50,765 nucleotides of DNA. Origin: Bacteroides caccae. Its GTDB lineage: Bacteria > Pseudomonadota > Gammaproteobacteria > Burkholderiales > Burkholderiaceae_F. The stretch is taken from contig CAVAQL010000001.1 in NCBI GenBank assembly GCA_963590825.1, positions 6,151 to 56,915 on the forward strand, given 5' to 3'. The position numbers and the translations under genes are program-made. The notes below the pieces were generated by a model that was not told the origin of the DNA, made no database searches, and saw only the letters and a program-made list of their open reading frames with translations. Positions 48,833-50,765 of this stretch are shown one piece after another (the stretch's first letter is position 1; the number at the start of each line of letters is the position of its first letter).

Positions 48833-50614
48833 TTAGCCTGCTAACCAGCGTTTTCCTTTCTCGGTGAGTTCTTTACACTGACAGGAAACTCCCTTTTGTC
48901 CGGGAAGAATTCTTCCGACGACGTCGAATTCTTTTGTCCCGCGTAGGACAGTGAATTCGACTATGTCGTCGGCTTTCTTTTCTTCTAAGTAAGACTCAAG
49001 GGTTGGCCCCTTACATTTTTGCCCAAGGCCCAAAAGCACATCGCCAGAGGAGATGCCGAGATCTTCGGCTGTCTCAAGGGCGTAAACAATGTCAACACGG
49101 TATCCGTTATCGACTTCTTCTCCCTTTAGCCCGAGAAGTTTTCTTATTAAAGGAAGTTCTTTTGTTTTAAGCGTGATGCCATAAGAACGTAAAGCGGCCT
49201 TGTAGTCGGGAGTTTCGTAGGTGCGCGTAAGCTGGTCAACAAAGTCGAATAGAAAAAGTTTCGTGCTCTTCTTAATTGCCCACACGAAATCATCATAAAT
49301 GAGACCCTTATAGTGTTTAGAGGTAACGTAGTCTTTCCAAAGAAGCCGCATTACGTCGTCTAACGAGTGTTTGGGCGCATCTTCTCGAATCTTCGCGTCA
49401 AGCATGAGAGCGGCAAGAGCGCCCTGAACGTAATACGAGACCTTCGCGTTTGGCCGATTCGATGTGGGTTTGTAGTACTTAATCCACGCATCAAAACTGG
49501 CCTCTAAAAGCGTTTGTATGTTGATAGCGTTTGTAGAAAGGACACTCGTGAGATCGTTACCAATGAGCGAGAGGAATTCCTTGAGATTAATTAATCCCGT
49601 GCGAATAAGAAAGAGCGACTCATAATAGTTTGTAAAGCCCTCGAATAACCAAAGGAGTTGCGTTGGAACGGCTTTTGAAAAGTCGCAATGGACGTATTCG
49701 CTTGGCTGAATGCGTTTGACAAACCACGTGTGAAAGTATTCGTGCGCAAAGAGTCCTAGGAGACGAATGTAGTCCTTGCGTTTTGTTTTGCTCTCAAGAC
49801 AAGGGAAACATCTTTTTGGAATTGCAAGAGCCGAGCTTGCGCGATGTTCGAGGCCTCCGAAATCATCTTTTGTAGCGTTCACGAGAAAGGTATACGAACT
49901 GACGGGACTTTTATGCGTTTCTGGCTCAAAAAAGTCAATTTCTTTTGTGCAGATTTTTTTAATGTCAGCGACAAGTTTCTTGCAATCAAGGTCATTGGGT
50001 GCGTTTGCAATACAGATGCTGTGACGAACGCCATAAACTGAAAACCGTAGCCTCAAAAACTTTCCGAGTTCAAATGGCGAATCGATGAGTTCGTCGTAAT
50101 TGCGCGCCACAAAAGTGTCGTCGTGAAAGAGGTTCTCACGATTTGGGGTTCCTTTTGGAAGGCTTGTAGCGATTTTCCAATTTTTCCCGAGAGGCTCTTT
50201 GATATTGCCAAGGTAAATCTCGTGGGCTTCGTTTTCTCGCCCCACGACGCTCATCAAAATCGACCCAGGATTAAAGAAGCCGCGAAACTGATCAAGATAA
50301 GCAGCTCGTACAGAGGAGTCGAAAGCCCACACGGTGTAAATCACAAAAAAGTAGGCATCCTCCGCGATAATCCAATCCGAAGGGACGCGAATTTCCCATA
50401 AAGAGAGGTCTTTTTTGACAATCGGGACTTCTTCCCCATCAAGAGAGGCAACTTCACAGTAAATGTTTGCGGCGAAGTCTCGAATGAGATACGAACCCGA
50501 AATCCATGTCGGTAGCCTCAGATAAACAGGCCCACTTTTTTGTGCCTTAAATGACATGGTAACGGTAAAAAGATGCGCTTTTGCATCAGTTGGTCGAACG
50601 TTATAAAGAATCAT
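48833..50614 (-). CDS. M61 family (glycyl aminopeptidase-like) metallopeptidase with C-terminal PDZ-like region
   Basis: PTWISGSYLIRDF, GGLEH, AHEYFH (HExxH), LWLFEGFT, SYY; GGAGG before ATG 50614. Confidence 0.9.
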   Translation of the reverse strand: MILYNVRPTDAKAHLFTVTMSFKAQKSGPVYLRLPTWISGSYLIRDFAANIYCEVASLDGEEVPIVKKDLSLWEIRVPSDWIIAEDAYFFVIYTVWAFDSSVRAAYLDQFRGFFNPGSILMSVVGRENEAHEIYLGNIKEPLGKNWKIATSLPKGTPNRENLFHDDTFVARNYDELIDSPFELGKFLRLRFSVYGVRHSICIANAPNDLDCKKLVADIKKICTKEIDFFEPETHKSPVSSYTFLVNATKDDFGGLEHRASSALAIPKRCFPCLESKTKRKDYIRLLGLFAHEYFHTWFVKRIQPSEYVHCDFSKAVPTQLLWLFEGFTNYYESLFLIRTGLINLKEFLSLIGNDLTSVLSTNAINIQTLLEASFDAWIKYYKPTSNRPNAKVSYYVQGALAALMLDAKIREDAPKHSLDDVMRLLWKDYVTSKHYKGLIYDDFVWAIKKSTKLFLFDFVDQLTRTYETPDYKAALRSYGITLKTKELPLIRKLLGLKGEEVDNGYRVDIVYALETAEDLGISSGDVLLGLGQKCKGPTLESYLEEKKADDIVEFTVLRGTKEFDVVGRILPGQKGVSCQCKELTEKGKRWLAG

Positions 50615-50712
50615 AGGGCCTCCGAATGTCTGATAGGCACGATAACGCGTTTTGCCATATTTAGGGAGCAAAAAGAAAAAACTACAAAAACTTGTGGTTG
50701 GTTCTTTCACTA

Positions 50713-50752
50713 TTGACAAGCCAAAAAACATTGACAATAATTCGCCCCCTCG
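50713..50752 (+). promoter_or_regulatory. Strong sigma70 promoter with GC-rich discriminator (stable-RNA type)
   Basis: TTGACA (50713-18), 17 bp, AATAAT (50736-41), then TCGCCCCCTCGC; A-tracts upstream. Confidence 0.65.
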
Positions 50753-50765
50753 CTTCTGAAGAGGT

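Noticed and set aside
1..50765. CRISPR arrays, IS elements, prophage, integrases, defence systems, tRNAs, known riboswitches
   Set aside because: No spaced direct repeats, transposase/integrase motifs or cloverleaf signatures were seen; intergenic gaps are at most about 300 bp. An Rfam/tRNAscan run would be needed to exclude small RNAs formally.

Overview
Core-chromosome segment (roughly balanced GC by eye) of an anaerobic or microaerophilic betaproteobacterium. Gene content and order point to Burkholderiales, probably Sutterellaceae; this is an inference. About 40 tightly packed CDSs, mostly housekeeping: a truncated DUF3683 FAD oxidoreductase (absent from the ORF track), two M20 peptidases, rlpA, gatCAB, xth, rsuA-like, ampG, a regulatory PTS (EIIA-HPr-EI), the fmt-rsmB-DUF4390-NtrY/NtrX(PlrSR-like)-trkA-trkH block, def, topB, aapJQM, a RutG-like permease, prfC, an aspartate/aromatic aminotransferase, gph, acyl-CoA ligase, slt, 5-formyl-THF cyclo-ligase, aroKB and an M61 peptidase. 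The window ends in a promoter of stable-RNA type. I found no mobile elements, CRISPR arrays, tRNA or rRNA genes. The most unusual feature is a co-oriented run acyl-CoA ligase - MenK/MqnK-type menaquinone methyltransferase - hydF - hydE, with no hydG or hydA and with a variant HydF Fe-S motif. Several synteny gaps also suggest lineage-specific loss or relocation of mreBCD-mrdA-rodA, dprA/pilMNOPQ and aapP. All calls rest on motif recognition by eye; no searches were run.
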